This document shows positions 1 to 9,257 of a stretch of 26,917 bases of DNA, piece by piece; position 1 is the stretch's first letter; each line of letters starts with the position of its first letter. The notes under the pieces were generated by a model. It did not search any database. It saw only the letters and a program-made list of their open reading frames with translations, and had not been told where the DNA came from. The stretch is taken from NCBI GenBank assembly GCA_038874215.1, contig JAVZCV010000016.1:1-26917 (forward strand). The letters are read 5' to 3'. A program made the translations under genes and the position numbers. The stretch is from Candidatus Micrarchaeia archaeon. GTDB lineage: Archaea; Micrarchaeota; Micrarchaeia; Burarchaeales; JAVZCV01.

Positions 1-2
1 AC

Positions 3-2771
3 GGGACGGCGAGAGCGGAAAACGTATGGGTGAAAATAACAGGAGAGAACACAACATACCACAAAATTTCTTCAATATCGCCGCAAGGGCGCGGTTATAT
101 AAATCTTTGGCTCCCCTTGCCCGCACACGAGATTTCAGTAATTGCAATTGCGGACCCAAACAATACGATAAGCGAGCTAAACGAAACCAACAACATCGCA
201 AACCGTTCTATAAAAAAAGTTTCAGCGCTTCCAGATTTATCCGTCTCAGAGGCGGATGTAACCCATCTTCCTTCAAACCCGAAAAGCGGTAGTGCGGTTG
301 TTGTAAGCGCAAAGATACGAAACTATGGAATCAGCATAGCGAGGAACATAACAGTCTGTTTCTACAAGGCTGATGAGCCGCATGCATACGAGAAGGAAAA
401 TTGGGAGAGCGATGAAGTTATCATATTGAATTGGGATAGGTCACGTTTGGCCGATTTATTACACGAAATAAAAAGAAGAAAGGGCGATTCCGCAATTTTT
501 GGGGAAATGCTGGCAAATTATACGATAAACGCAATCGCGCCCAATTCATCCCAAATAGCGAAAGCAGTAGTTAGCTTGCCGCAGAACGCAAGCTCTATGC
601 GCATCGCAGTCATCTTGGATCCCGAAAATTACATAATGGAGGCGTCGGAGGAAAACAACAGGGCCATCCACGAGATACCGATTGAAGTCGTTTATGCCGA
701 CCTTATGCTTAATAGCTCATCAATCTCATTCTCCCCGCAATATGCCACTGCAGGAAACAGAGTTCTCATAAGCGCCACAGTCAGGAACAACGGTTCATTA
801 ACAGCCAGAAACATCACCGCATTCCTCTACTTCTTGGCAGGCGCGAAAGAATACGAGTTGGTTGGGAACACCACAATTCCAGTAATTCCCGCAAAGGGTG
901 TAGGTACGGTTAAGTTTGAGTGGACTGCTCCGAGGGATGTAAAAGCCGCATCTTTCAGGGTTGAGGTTAATCCCGATAGAAGAACGCCTGAAAGCGATTA
1001 CAGAAACAACATCGCAGAGAAAAACCTCACAATCCTTTTGCCAGACGTAGAGCTATCTGGAAAGGATATATGGGTAGTTGGAAACGTATCGGTCGGAAAT
1101 CAGGTTTGGATAAAGGCAAATGTGAGCAATAATGGTAATTTCACTGCACGGGATTTTGATACGGAGTTTATATACGTTTCCCCATCTGGCGTGGAGACGC
1201 CAATCGGCACGAAAACGGCAACAATAAGCGCTGGAGGGACTGAAACCGTCAGCATTCAGTGGAAAGTGCCAGAGAGAATAAGCGCCAACCCAATCATAGT
1301 TGTGAGGGCGAACCCATCACACTCATTATCTGAGTTGGACTACGATAACAATGTGGGCACGATTACGCTAAACGCTTCTCTTCCAGACATCGTCCTATCT
1401 CTTTCGGCAAACAAGCAAAACGCCACCATACCAACAGCACCAGATAGACGCAACTGGGTTGTATTGTCCGCAATCGTTAGAAATATCGGAAATGCAAAGG
1501 CACACAACATATCCGTCTATATAATGAAAAACGGGGAAAAAATTTGGGAGGAAATAATACCCGTGCTCAACGCAGGTGAAAACGCAACAGTCAATTACAA
1601 TTTTGCTGTTCTCTCAACTATGCCTGCGGGCGAGCACTTTTTCAGTGCAGTTGCAGACCAACACAACACCATATCGGAAATAAACGAGAACAACAACTAT
1701 GCAGAGATGAGCCTTCTGTTTGTTGAAAACATGAGGCCAACCGCTGTCATAAATGCGGACAAGACGAATGTAATGAAGCGCGAGCTAATCACTTTCAACT
1801 GCCTGAACTCAACAGACCCTGATGGAAAAGGACCCTTCACTTGCAGATGGAACTTCGGAGACGGAAGCGAGGTTGTGGAGGGCCATGAGGTTTATCATTC
1901 ATACAGCGCTTCGGGCGGCTATATCGTTGTTCTTACAGTCACAGATTCGTATGGCGCAAAGGACAGCGAAATTCTCCGCATCACAGTGCAACCAAACAAA
2001 CCGCCAATCGCAAACATAGGCGGCCCCTATATTCCGTATGTCAATGAGGAGGCATATTTCAGCCCGCTTGACTCCTACGATCCTGATGGAGAAATCGTCT
2101 TGGTTTCTTGGGATTTCGGGGATGGGAGCGGAGTTGAAACGCACGGCTTCTACCCCGTATCCCACACATATTCAAACATAGGCACGTACATCTTGAAAAT
2201 AACTGTTACGGACGATAGCGGCGCAACCTCAACGGCAAGCACTGCCGTCATCCCCATATATCCGCCAGAGATGGAGACTAAGAGGAGTACAGAATACTAC
2301 GTAAGCCATACACGTTACTACTACTCTGTGCCGTCAAGCGCCTATATCTATTACGGCGTGTATAGAATAGATTACGAGCTGAAGTATACGCCCGATGATA
2401 ATGTCATACGCAGCCTAAAATATACTATTTACTCTGGGCCAGCGATAGTTACAACTGTCGTGGATACAAGGGCATCGGTCCTTTTCTGGGATATACCTGT
2501 GACTACGACGACTGGATGGACTGCGCTATCGGTAAAAAATGTTAAAATAGTTGATGCGGACGGGAACCTGCTTTGGTCAGCGGTTGGAGGCCCAAGCATT
2601 AACGGAGTTGAGAGAAATGCAACAATGAGCTACACGAACATTGAAGTGCCGATTGATTTTAGTAAAAGCAATTACGTAACCGTTGTGAGCGATATAGATT
2701 ACCCAGCCAACATGTGTGCCGCCGAGCATTACGATTGCCAGTCAAACAGGGTTGCTCTCTGGAGGATATAA
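3..2771 (+). CDS. Large surface/extracellular protein with about 5 CARDB (Ig-like) repeats and 2 PKD domains; 5' end lies outside the window
   Basis: The frame is open from nt 3 (GTARAENVWVKIT), upstream of the track's GTG at 30. Repeated CARDB signatures PDL...V.N.G...A.N...DP.N.I.E..E.NN; two PKD motifs WNFGDGS and WDFGDGS followed by H.Y...G.Y...LTVTD. Confidence 0.88.
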   Translation, partial: GTARAENVWVKITGENTTYHKISSISPQGRGYINLWLPLPAHEISVIAIADPNNTISELNETNNIANRSIKKVSALPDLSVSEADVTHLPSNPKSGSAVVVSAKIRNYGISIARNITVCFYKADEPHAYEKENWESDEVIILNWDRSRLADLLHEIKRRKGDSAIFGEMLANYTINAIAPNSSQIAKAVVSLPQNASSMRIAVILDPENYIMEASEENNRAIHEIPIEVVYADLMLNSSSISFSPQYATAGNRVLISATVRNNGSLTARNITAFLYFLAGAKEYELVGNTTIPVIPAKGVGTVKFEWTAPRDVKAASFRVEVNPDRRTPESDYRNNIAEKNLTILLPDVELSGKDIWVVGNVSVGNQVWIKANVSNNGNFTARDFDTEFIYVSPSGVETPIGTKTATISAGGTETVSIQWKVPERISANPIIVVRANPSHSLSELDYDNNVGTITLNASLPDIVLSLSANKQNATIPTAPDRRNWVVLSAIVRNIGNAKAHNISVYIMKNGEKIWEEIIPVLNAGENATVNYNFAVLSTMPAGEHFFSAVADQHNTISEINENNNYAEMSLLFVENMRPTAVINADKTNVMKRELITFNCLNSTDPDGKGPFTCRWNFGDGSEVVEGHEVYHSYSASGGYIVVLTVTDSYGAKDSEILRITVQPNKPPIANIGGPYIPYVNEEAYFSPLDSYDPDGEIVLVSWDFGDGSGVETHGFYPVSHTYSNIGTYILKITVTDDSGATSTASTAVIPIYPPEMETKRSTEYYVSHTRYYYSVPSSAYIYYGVYRIDYELKYTPDDNVIRSLKYTIYSGPAIVTTVVDTRASVLFWDIPVTTTTGWTALSVKNVKIVDADGNLLWSAVGGPSINGVERNATMSYTNIEVPIDFSKSNYVTVVSDIDYPANMCAAEHYDCQSNRVALWRI

Positions 2772-2821
2772 GCTACCGACAGTCTCTTCAATTTTATATT
2801 TTTTACATAAAACATTTTTCC

Positions 2822-5218
2822 ATGCAACCCCCACGCATAAAAGAGAGAACAATAATAGCGCTCGCCATAATATTCGCAGTCCTATATGTTGCTACCATAG
2901 TAGACCTCTTCTCAAAAAAGACCCTTTATGAATACGAAGCCTTTCCCGTAAGCGAAAGTTATGAAGAAGGCTGGATGAGGACTGATTTTAATGACAGTGG
3001 ATGGGCAAGACAGCGTCTTTATGGTTTGGATGGCGTATATCTACTGGAACACACAAGAGCGTCGGAGCGTTTTTTCAGGCTATGGCTATATACGGATAAG
3101 GATGGAAAAAGCAAACAATTAACGCTCCAATTCTTAGGTTATCTCTATGAGATATGGTTCAATGATAAGCTTATTTTCAATGGGACACTTCAAAATACCT
3201 GTATATTACTGAACCTACCCGCAGACTACATGCGGGAAAAAAATCTTCTAGCCATACGCACCACCTCAAATGCTGTTGAAGCAGGGGAAGCCCCTCATTG
3301 CTATTCCTGCAATTCCAGCGATGAAAAAGCAGCAGAGGAATTTACGGTGCTCCTTCTCCTTTCAAATGACACAGCACCTAAACTAACCGCCAAACACACC
3401 ATCCCCCTACCCTACTCTATTGACCATCCTTTCCACATATATGCGCTTGATTTGGTCTCCACGAGCCTCTGGAACAAACTCCCAAAAATACACCCCGCTT
3501 TTGATATACCTATTGAGCACTACCCTCTCTATTACATACTCCCGTATGCAGTAATCGTTAAACTGCTGTCTATCAATGCCATTTCTGCATATAATTACTT
3601 CCTCCTTTTTCTTCTCATCCTACCAATCTACATACTCTATTTCATTGTAAAAAGTGCAAAATTACCGACAGAAATCCTCCTTGCATCTCTTTTCATATAC
3701 ATGTCTTTTGGCTCTTCATTAGGCTTCGGAATAGTGACCATTCTTTTAATAGGCACCATAAGTTATCACATCGCATGCTGTCTTTTCGTATTATTCTTTT
3801 TCTATTTGCATGAATCTATAAGAGAGGGAAACGTAGGAACCATGGCAATAGCAGCACTGCTTGGCACATTCTCAATTCTCTCCAATCCACGCATCCTCTT
3901 TGCTTTCGTCTGTGCAGTTATAGCATTAGTAATTTCATCAGGAAAAAAATCCATGCGGAATATCCTCATAGTGCATGGCATGATTTTTTTCGGGATACTC
4001 CTATGGTTTTACCCACATGCGAATACCCCAATATATTCTCACTACTCCCATGCCTCGCCAACACCTCAAAAATGTGCGACATGGACAAGCGGCTTTGAAA
4101 TTTTTCTGGCACTAAACGGAAGCAAACTGCTTTCAATACTCGCGGCTCTTGGCATGCTCCTAAGTCTAAGGAAAAACGAACCCATAAGGGCTCTAAGCAT
4201 ATTCGCGATAATCTACTTTGTTTTATCATCCCTGCCTACCCTGAATTCGTTATACGTTTTTGAGTGCAGGCGCCTTTTCCAGCTTCTGGCTTTCACGAAC
4301 ATACTCTTTGCATCACTTGCCGTATACGAGATGGGGGCGTTTATCCTTACCTCTTTAAGACATAAGAAAAAGTCATCTCTCTTTATTGTTATGCTAGGTT
4401 TCATACTCCTACTGTTAGCGACATACAGCACTCTTAGATTTTTATCCTTAGTATTGCTTCCTGCAGAAATGACCATCCCTTCACTGATAGCATACCTATC
4501 TGATGCTTCACTCACTCAATTCATCAACCAATCTACATCTGCGGGGGATCGTATACTGGTTTTTGGTACGCTTGTCGCTACACAGCACTTCCCACTCTCT
4601 CTTGAAGACAGGCTACTTGAAGGAAATGGAGGCAGGCGCTTGGGCCCAGGAATTTCATTACCACTAAATTATGAAGTCGCCCACAAGAACGGTTTGAGCA
4701 TGATAGCAGTCTCAAACCAGTATGTTGAATATGAGCAAATTAGATATGCTGGATTAAATATGTCGCATAACCGCATCCTAAGCTTAATGCACTCCTCTCT
4801 TAAAAATTCTTCTGGAATCAAGCAAGTCTACTATGACCCATATTCCTACTCCCTCTATAAAATAGAGAATACTTCAATCTTCCAAATACCGCACTTAGCT
4901 CTTCCGCTTGAATACAATTTTTCAGCCGAAAGAATGGAAATAAAGGGAAATGCCCTACGCGATACGAACCTGACTATTACGAGACCATTCTCCCCAAGAT
5001 GGAAAGCGTTTGTGAACGGCATTCCTGCAGAAATAGAGAAAACACCAGAATATTATATGAGAATAAAGATTCCGAATGGAGAATTCAGCGTTGTCATGGA
5101 ATACGACTACAGTTTTTCAGAAAAATTGTCCATGCTGGTAAGCGTTATAGCCATCGCATCTCTATTAATAGTGGCTGTTCTTAGCTATACCCCATTCAAA
5201 TCTGCCCTCAGCCTTTAA
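2822..5218 (+). CDS. Polytopic membrane protein, GT-C/YfhO-like putative glycosyltransferase with an N-terminal sugar-binding jelly-roll-like domain
   Basis: Start chosen at ATG 2822 (MQPPRIKE), after an AT-rich TATA-like stretch. N-terminal TM helix; W...DFNDSGW motif like GH2 sugar-binding domains; more than 10 hydrophobic segments; YfhO-like C-terminus PRWKAFVNG...IPNGEFSVVMEY plus a final TM helix. Confidence 0.6.
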   Translation: MQPPRIKERTIIALAIIFAVLYVATIVDLFSKKTLYEYEAFPVSESYEEGWMRTDFNDSGWARQRLYGLDGVYLLEHTRASERFFRLWLYTDKDGKSKQLTLQFLGYLYEIWFNDKLIFNGTLQNTCILLNLPADYMREKNLLAIRTTSNAVEAGEAPHCYSCNSSDEKAAEEFTVLLLLSNDTAPKLTAKHTIPLPYSIDHPFHIYALDLVSTSLWNKLPKIHPAFDIPIEHYPLYYILPYAVIVKLLSINAISAYNYFLLFLLILPIYILYFIVKSAKLPTEILLASLFIYMSFGSSLGFGIVTILLIGTISYHIACCLFVLFFFYLHESIREGNVGTMAIAALLGTFSILSNPRILFAFVCAVIALVISSGKKSMRNILIVHGMIFFGILLWFYPHANTPIYSHYSHASPTPQKCATWTSGFEIFLALNGSKLLSILAALGMLLSLRKNEPIRALSIFAIIYFVLSSLPTLNSLYVFECRRLFQLLAFTNILFASLAVYEMGAFILTSLRHKKKSSLFIVMLGFILLLLATYSTLRFLSLVLLPAEMTIPSLIAYLSDASLTQFINQSTSAGDRILVFGTLVATQHFPLSLEDRLLEGNGGRRLGPGISLPLNYEVAHKNGLSMIAVSNQYVEYEQIRYAGLNMSHNRILSLMHSSLKNSSGIKQVYYDPYSYSLYKIENTSIFQIPHLALPLEYNFSAERMEIKGNALRDTNLTITRPFSPRWKAFVNGIPAEIEKTPEYYMRIKIPNGEFSVVMEYDYSFSEKLSMLVSVIAIASLLIVAVLSYTPFKSALSL

Positions 5219-5609
5219 TTTTTATAATCCCATTTACTGCATCAACCTTCACCCACTGGCCGTTTTTGATAATGCGCATAACATCTTTTTTCGGCTTATC
5301 AACAAGCGGTATTCCCGAGATGATTGCGCCAACGGCGACTATCGGGTCGCACTCTGTGTTTATTATAGCACACGGTGCGTTTCCGTTCTTTTTTAGGCGG
5401 TAAATCGTATAAGAACCGACAGTTGAACCCTTTCCTCTCGGGAAAATCAGCACCTTCCCCTTCACAGAAATCCCTTCAATCGGATGTCCCTTCTCAACAA
5501 CCTTGCCCGTATTGGGATCTACCCCACCGTAAAACGATATAGACTCTTTTGAGACGAGCGCTTCGCCCTCCGCGTATCCCCTGCATATAACCCTTGCCTT
5601 TATTTCCAT
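5208..5609 (-). CDS. Aconitase X swivel-domain small subunit (DUF126); phosphomevalonate dehydratase small subunit
   Basis: GEALVS..ISFYGGVDP.TG, GKGSTVGSY (catalytic Ser motif). ATG 5609 has GGTGA upstream; overlaps the large-subunit stop. Confidence 0.9.
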   Translation of the reverse strand: MEIKARVICRGYAEGEALVSKESISFYGGVDPNTGKVVEKGHPIEGISVKGKVLIFPRGKGSTVGSYTIYRLKKNGNAPCAIINTECDPIVAVGAIISGIPLVDKPKKDVMRIIKNGQWVKVDAVNGIIKIKG

Positions 5610-6793
5610 CTTCCCATCACCGCAGCCTCCACGCACTTTTCAAGCGGAGCAAGTTTCACCTTAAAATTGTTGCTTCCCCTCCCGTAGTAGCACGCCTTCG
5701 CAGAGTTCGTAACGAGCGTTTTAAACCTTCCTTTTAACGGAGCGACGACCATGCAGGTATCACACACGAACTTACCACCCGCATCCTCTATCACTTTTGT
5801 ATAGCCAAGCATATCTGCGAGTTTCTTCGTGCTTCTTGCGGTTGTTATCCAGAACTCGCTTTTCACTTTTTTTCCACTGACTAACTTCGCTATTTTCTCT
5901 ATCTCGTGTATTGAGCAGTGGGGGCACCCAACCGATACGAAATCAACGTCATCAAATTCGTCGTTAATGTTTTCGTATGCCTCCCGCAAATCGCAAGTTT
6001 CAATCCTAACCCTCTTCTTCGGAATTGGGGTCTTATCAGGAGTTATCCCCTCCATGTGGAACATTGCCACTCCTGCATACGTTGCTATCGCCGCGCAGAA
6101 TATCTTCAACTGCTCAAAATCCACCGTTTTAATTCCGCGGATGTAGGGGATTTTCCCATCTATTTTTTTCGCAATGGCGTATGCGAGAGCACCGAAATCA
6201 GCCTCTGTCCTAATTTTGGCTTTTACTTCAACAGTTATGCCTGCCCTCCTGTTCGCATCAACGTGCATGCCGTATTCCGCCGTTCTCCCTGTGAGCGCAG
6301 CAGCAAGCGCAGAAGGACCCCCTTCCCTGTTCGTTCTTGCTCCTATAACTGAATTGGCGAAGCATACTGCAGACGATTCGCTCCATGCCGCATGCTCTTT
6401 GAAACGTGGAAGATTTCCTATGAGGTAGGGCGTGCATGTGCAGGTTGTAAGAACACCCATCCTTTCAAAAGCACTTATAATCCTAATCTGCTTCTCTGCA
6501 AAATCTGAGGGTATTCCCAGAGCGCTCCAGCTCTCCGTATCCATGCCTGCGGGGTTAAGGGTAGCCAAAACACGAACCCTTCCATCTTTTGCCATATCCT
6601 CCAAGAACTCAAGCCCCTCATCACCGATGTTGTGGTAGGATACGCCCGCAATCTGCACAGAGGATACTGGGATTAATCTTTCTGCACCGTAAATCTCTCC
6701 TAAAGCGATGAGCATTTCCATGCTCTTTCGTACAGCCTCTCCGTGTTTCCCCTTCAGCATCTCTTTTTCTTCCTTATTAAGTAAAACCCCCAC
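5600..6793 (-). CDS. Aconitase X catalytic large subunit (DUF521); phosphomevalonate dehydratase large subunit
   Basis: TLNPAG, TCTCTPY, WSESSA, GARTNREG, GCPH, DTCMVV, TNSAK motifs including the Fe-S cysteine ligands. Confidence 0.92.
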   Translation of the reverse strand: MGVLLNKEEKEMLKGKHGEAVRKSMEMLIALGEIYGAERLIPVSSVQIAGVSYHNIGDEGLEFLEDMAKDGRVRVLATLNPAGMDTESWSALGIPSDFAEKQIRIISAFERMGVLTTCTCTPYLIGNLPRFKEHAAWSESSAVCFANSVIGARTNREGGPSALAAALTGRTAEYGMHVDANRRAGITVEVKAKIRTEADFGALAYAIAKKIDGKIPYIRGIKTVDFEQLKIFCAAIATYAGVAMFHMEGITPDKTPIPKKRVRIETCDLREAYENINDEFDDVDFVSVGCPHCSIHEIEKIAKLVSGKKVKSEFWITTARSTKKLADMLGYTKVIEDAGGKFVCDTCMVVAPLKGRFKTLVTNSAKACYYGRGSNNFKVKLAPLEKCVEAAVMGRWK

Positions 6794-6801
6794 GCAATCC
6801 C

Positions 6802-8100
6802 CTACAAATAATCTTCAATTCTCACCTGCTTGAAAACTGCCTTCTTGCACTTCTCACGCTTTTCGGGGTCAAGCGGCATCGTTGCATCAATCCCCCATTT
6901 GGTTGTTTCCCTTGTTATCGGGTCAGCAGACGGATCAAGCGAAGAGCCTTTCTCCCTGGGCTTTATAACTAAATTTTTACTTGCCTGAAAACGCGTTGCT
7001 ATCGCCCACTCCACATCATTCGGGTTAAATATGTCTATGTCCTCATCTACCACTACAACGCGTTTAAGAGAACTGTGCCCCTTAAAAGCCGCCTCTATCG
7101 CCTTTACCCCATCATCCTCCCTCTTCTTCACTATCTGCACTACCGCATGCAACCACGAGCATCCGCCCTCAGTAAGATAAACGTTTTTGCATTCGCAGAC
7201 CCTCCCTACCTCACGCAGTATTGTCGGCTCGCGCGGAAGGCCCATTAGAATCTTGTGCTCGCCACCACTGGGCAAAAGTCCATGGTATATCGCATCCTTC
7301 CTCCTCGTTATTTTCCTAACCTCAAAGACTGGTTGTTCCCTAACCCTATCATATGTCCCCGTTATATCCACGAACTTCCCCTCAGGTGCTGTTTCCTTCG
7401 TTATCCTTCCTTCAAGAACGATCTCGGAATTTGCCGGTATCTCAACATCAACAGTCTTCGCCTTAACTGTTTCAACTCTTTCAAGCGCATTAGCGATGGC
7501 CATTTCATCAAACCCAAGTTCAACCGAAGTGGCGCCAGCGAGCAGAACATTTATGGAATTGCCTATGCAAACAGCTACATCCAGTTCTCCTTGCTTCTTA
7601 AGAAACGCATCAAGATGCCTTGGGAGGATGCGCACCGAAAATTTTCTTTCGTCTATCTGCATAAGCCTGTGAAAACTCATGTTACGCCCATACTTCTCAT
7701 CATAAGCGAACACAACGCCAGATGTTATGTACGGTCCGCCGTCTTTTTCTGCATGGAATAATATGGGTAATTTCCGAATGCTTGGTCCTTCAACAATCTC
7801 CTGGCAGGGGGCGGTTTTACCTTCAAAAAGGCGGGGTTCAACTGGGTTCTCTATTGCTCGCTTCATTTCAAAAACGAGTTCCTCCTCTTTCTTATTGAGG
7901 CACATCGCAACGAGTTTTCGTGAAGAGAAGACGTTGGCTACTACTTTCATATCGTATCCCTTCACATTCTCAAAAATCAGCGGTTTCCCTTCAAGAGCAT
8001 GCATTATGCCTGCCGCTTCAAGCTTGGTAGAAACTGGTTTTTTTATATGAATGAGCATTCCCTTCTCATCAAGAAGGCGAAGAAAATCTCTAAACTCCAT
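6802..8100 (-). CDS. ubiD: UbiD-family prFMN decarboxylase, likely trans-anhydromevalonate 5-phosphate decarboxylase
   Basis: DGGPYIT, SFHRL, EIVLEG, EGKFVDITGTYD, GCSWLH, VVVDEDID, VEWAIATR, GSSLDPS. ATG 8100 is preceded by GGAGGTG. Confidence 0.9.
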   Translation of the reverse strand: MEFRDFLRLLDEKGMLIHIKKPVSTKLEAAGIMHALEGKPLIFENVKGYDMKVVANVFSSRKLVAMCLNKKEEELVFEMKRAIENPVEPRLFEGKTAPCQEIVEGPSIRKLPILFHAEKDGGPYITSGVVFAYDEKYGRNMSFHRLMQIDERKFSVRILPRHLDAFLKKQGELDVAVCIGNSINVLLAGATSVELGFDEMAIANALERVETVKAKTVDVEIPANSEIVLEGRITKETAPEGKFVDITGTYDRVREQPVFEVRKITRRKDAIYHGLLPSGGEHKILMGLPREPTILREVGRVCECKNVYLTEGGCSWLHAVVQIVKKREDDGVKAIEAAFKGHSSLKRVVVVDEDIDIFNPNDVEWAIATRFQASKNLVIKPREKGSSLDPSADPITRETTKWGIDATMPLDPEKREKCKKAVFKQVRIEDYL

Positions 8101-8641
8101 CCCCCCACCTCCTAAAGAGTTCATTCTCTATCTCCAGAGAGTCAAGCACCTTGCCAACAACAAAATCAACCATATCTTCTATTTTCTTCGGCCTGTGGTA
8201 AAATGCGGGGCAGGCGGGCATTATCACCACGCCCATTTTTGAGAGTTTTATCATGTTCCTAAGGTGTATCTGTGAAAGCGGCATTTCGCGCACAACAAGA
8301 ATCAGCTTCTTATGTTCCTTTATAATCACATCCGCACTCCTTGTTATTATGTTATCGGAGTAACCATTTGCTATCGCCGATAGCGTTTTCATAGAGCAGG
8401 GACAAACCACCATCCCATCAGCCCTAAAAGAGCCAGAAGCGCAAGGTGCGTCAACATCCCTCTCTAAGAAGACCTTACCGAATTTCCGCAGTTGATCGAT
8501 CCTCACTCCTTCGCTCTTTGCGACTATCCTCGCATTATCGGAAACAAGCAAAATCAGCTCATTCTTCCTCTTCAATACTTCTGCGAGCCTAAATCCGTAA
8601 ACAATCCCAGATGCGCCAGTTATTGCAACTATGATTTTCAT
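8090..8641 (-). CDS. ubiX: Flavin prenyltransferase UbiX
   Basis: IVAITGASG, ASGS, PCSMKTL, RE.PL, PAFY motifs; overlaps the ubiD start. Confidence 0.95.
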   Translation of the reverse strand: MKIIVAITGASGIVYGFRLAEVLKRKNELILLVSDNARIVAKSEGVRIDQLRKFGKVFLERDVDAPCASGSFRADGMVVCPCSMKTLSAIANGYSDNIITRSADVIIKEHKKLILVVREMPLSQIHLRNMIKLSKMGVVIMPACPAFYHRPKKIEDMVDFVVGKVLDSLEIENELFRRWGDGV

Positions 8642-8724
8642 ATCAAAGGATTTGGCAGTAAGATTTATATTTATCCAACGTCTGGTTTAACATTAGCTCC
8701 AATGGTTGTACTAATACCGCCTAA

Positions 8725-8745
8725 TAGTAGTTTACTACTAGTAGT
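8725..8745. promoter_or_regulatory. Overlapping palindromes in the ubiX/pilin divergent intergenic region
   Basis: TAGTAGT-TT-ACTACTA (8725-8740) overlaps the perfect 12-bp palindrome ACTACTAGTAGT (8734-8745). Confidence 0.35.
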
Positions 8746-8837
8746 GCCATTGTCCTGCTTATCTGCACCAATAACCATAACCTTTATATTCCATAGTTTT
8801 CTATACTTGTATGTAAAATTCCAAAGAGGTGAAAAAA

Positions 8838-9203
8838 ATGAAAAAACTCATCATGTTGCGTGGCTTTACCCTGTTTGCATCCCTTGTTCTCTTGAACCTG
8901 ATGGCTTCACTTGTTTATGCCGATTTATACGATCAGCTGGTTGGCGTATGCCAGCAGATCAAAAACCTCGTCCCAATCGTTGCCCTCCTCATGTTCTTCA
9001 CAGCAGGCTTAATATACGCAGCAGGCCAGATAATGGGTGCAGAAACAAGAGCAAGAGCAAACGTCTGGGCAACAGCAATGCTCGTAGGAGGCATAATAGG
9101 CCTCATAATAGCCGCCTCAGCACCTTGGCTGCTCGCAGTGTTTTCACAGGCAACAATCGGCAGTGGCGTTTCATCCGTCATCCCCTCAACCGCAACTTGT
9201 TAA
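8838..9203 (+). CDS. VirB2/TrbC-like (conjugative-type) pilin precursor
   Basis: GAGGTGA RBS before ATG 8838. Class I signal peptide ending LVYA, then two hydrophobic helices separated by the short basic loop GAETRARA. One Cys near each end of the mature chain. No class III (type IV) prepilin motif. Confidence 0.65.
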   Translation: MKKLIMLRGFTLFASLVLLNLMASLVYADLYDQLVGVCQQIKNLVPIVALLMFFTAGLIYAAGQIMGAETRARANVWATAMLVGGIIGLIIAASAPWLLAVFSQATIGSGVSSVIPSTATC

Positions 9204-9257
9204 ATGCGGCAAGAGCAAACGTCTGGGCAACAGCAATGCTCGTAGGAGGCATAATAG
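9051..9257 (+). repeat. Perfect 49-bp direct repeat (copies 9051-9099 inside the pilin and 9209-9257 just after its stop)
   Basis: Both copies read GCAAGAGCAAACGTCTGGGCAACAGCAATGCTCGTAGGAGGCATAATAG; period 158 bp. Confidence 0.97.

Noticed and set aside
2714-2821. Track's upstream start for the membrane protein (likewise extended starts at 5636, 8124, 9926, 11023, 19880, 23404, 24731)
   Set aside because: These extensions overlap neighbouring genes or promoters; downstream ATGs fit the RBS positions and family N-termini better.
5829-8242. Multiple plus-strand ORFs opposite acnX/ubiD (and similar antisense ORFs throughout the window)
   Set aside because: Shadow frames of well-supported genes, with no motifs of their own.
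8671-8778. 35-codon minus-strand ORF (MVIGADKQ...DVG) upstream of ubiX
   Set aside because: No clear RBS or recognisable motif; it lies in a probable promoter region.
9051-9257. 49-bp repeat pair as a CRISPR array
   Set aside because: Only two copies, a 109-bp spacer, the repeat is pilin coding sequence, and there are no cas genes.
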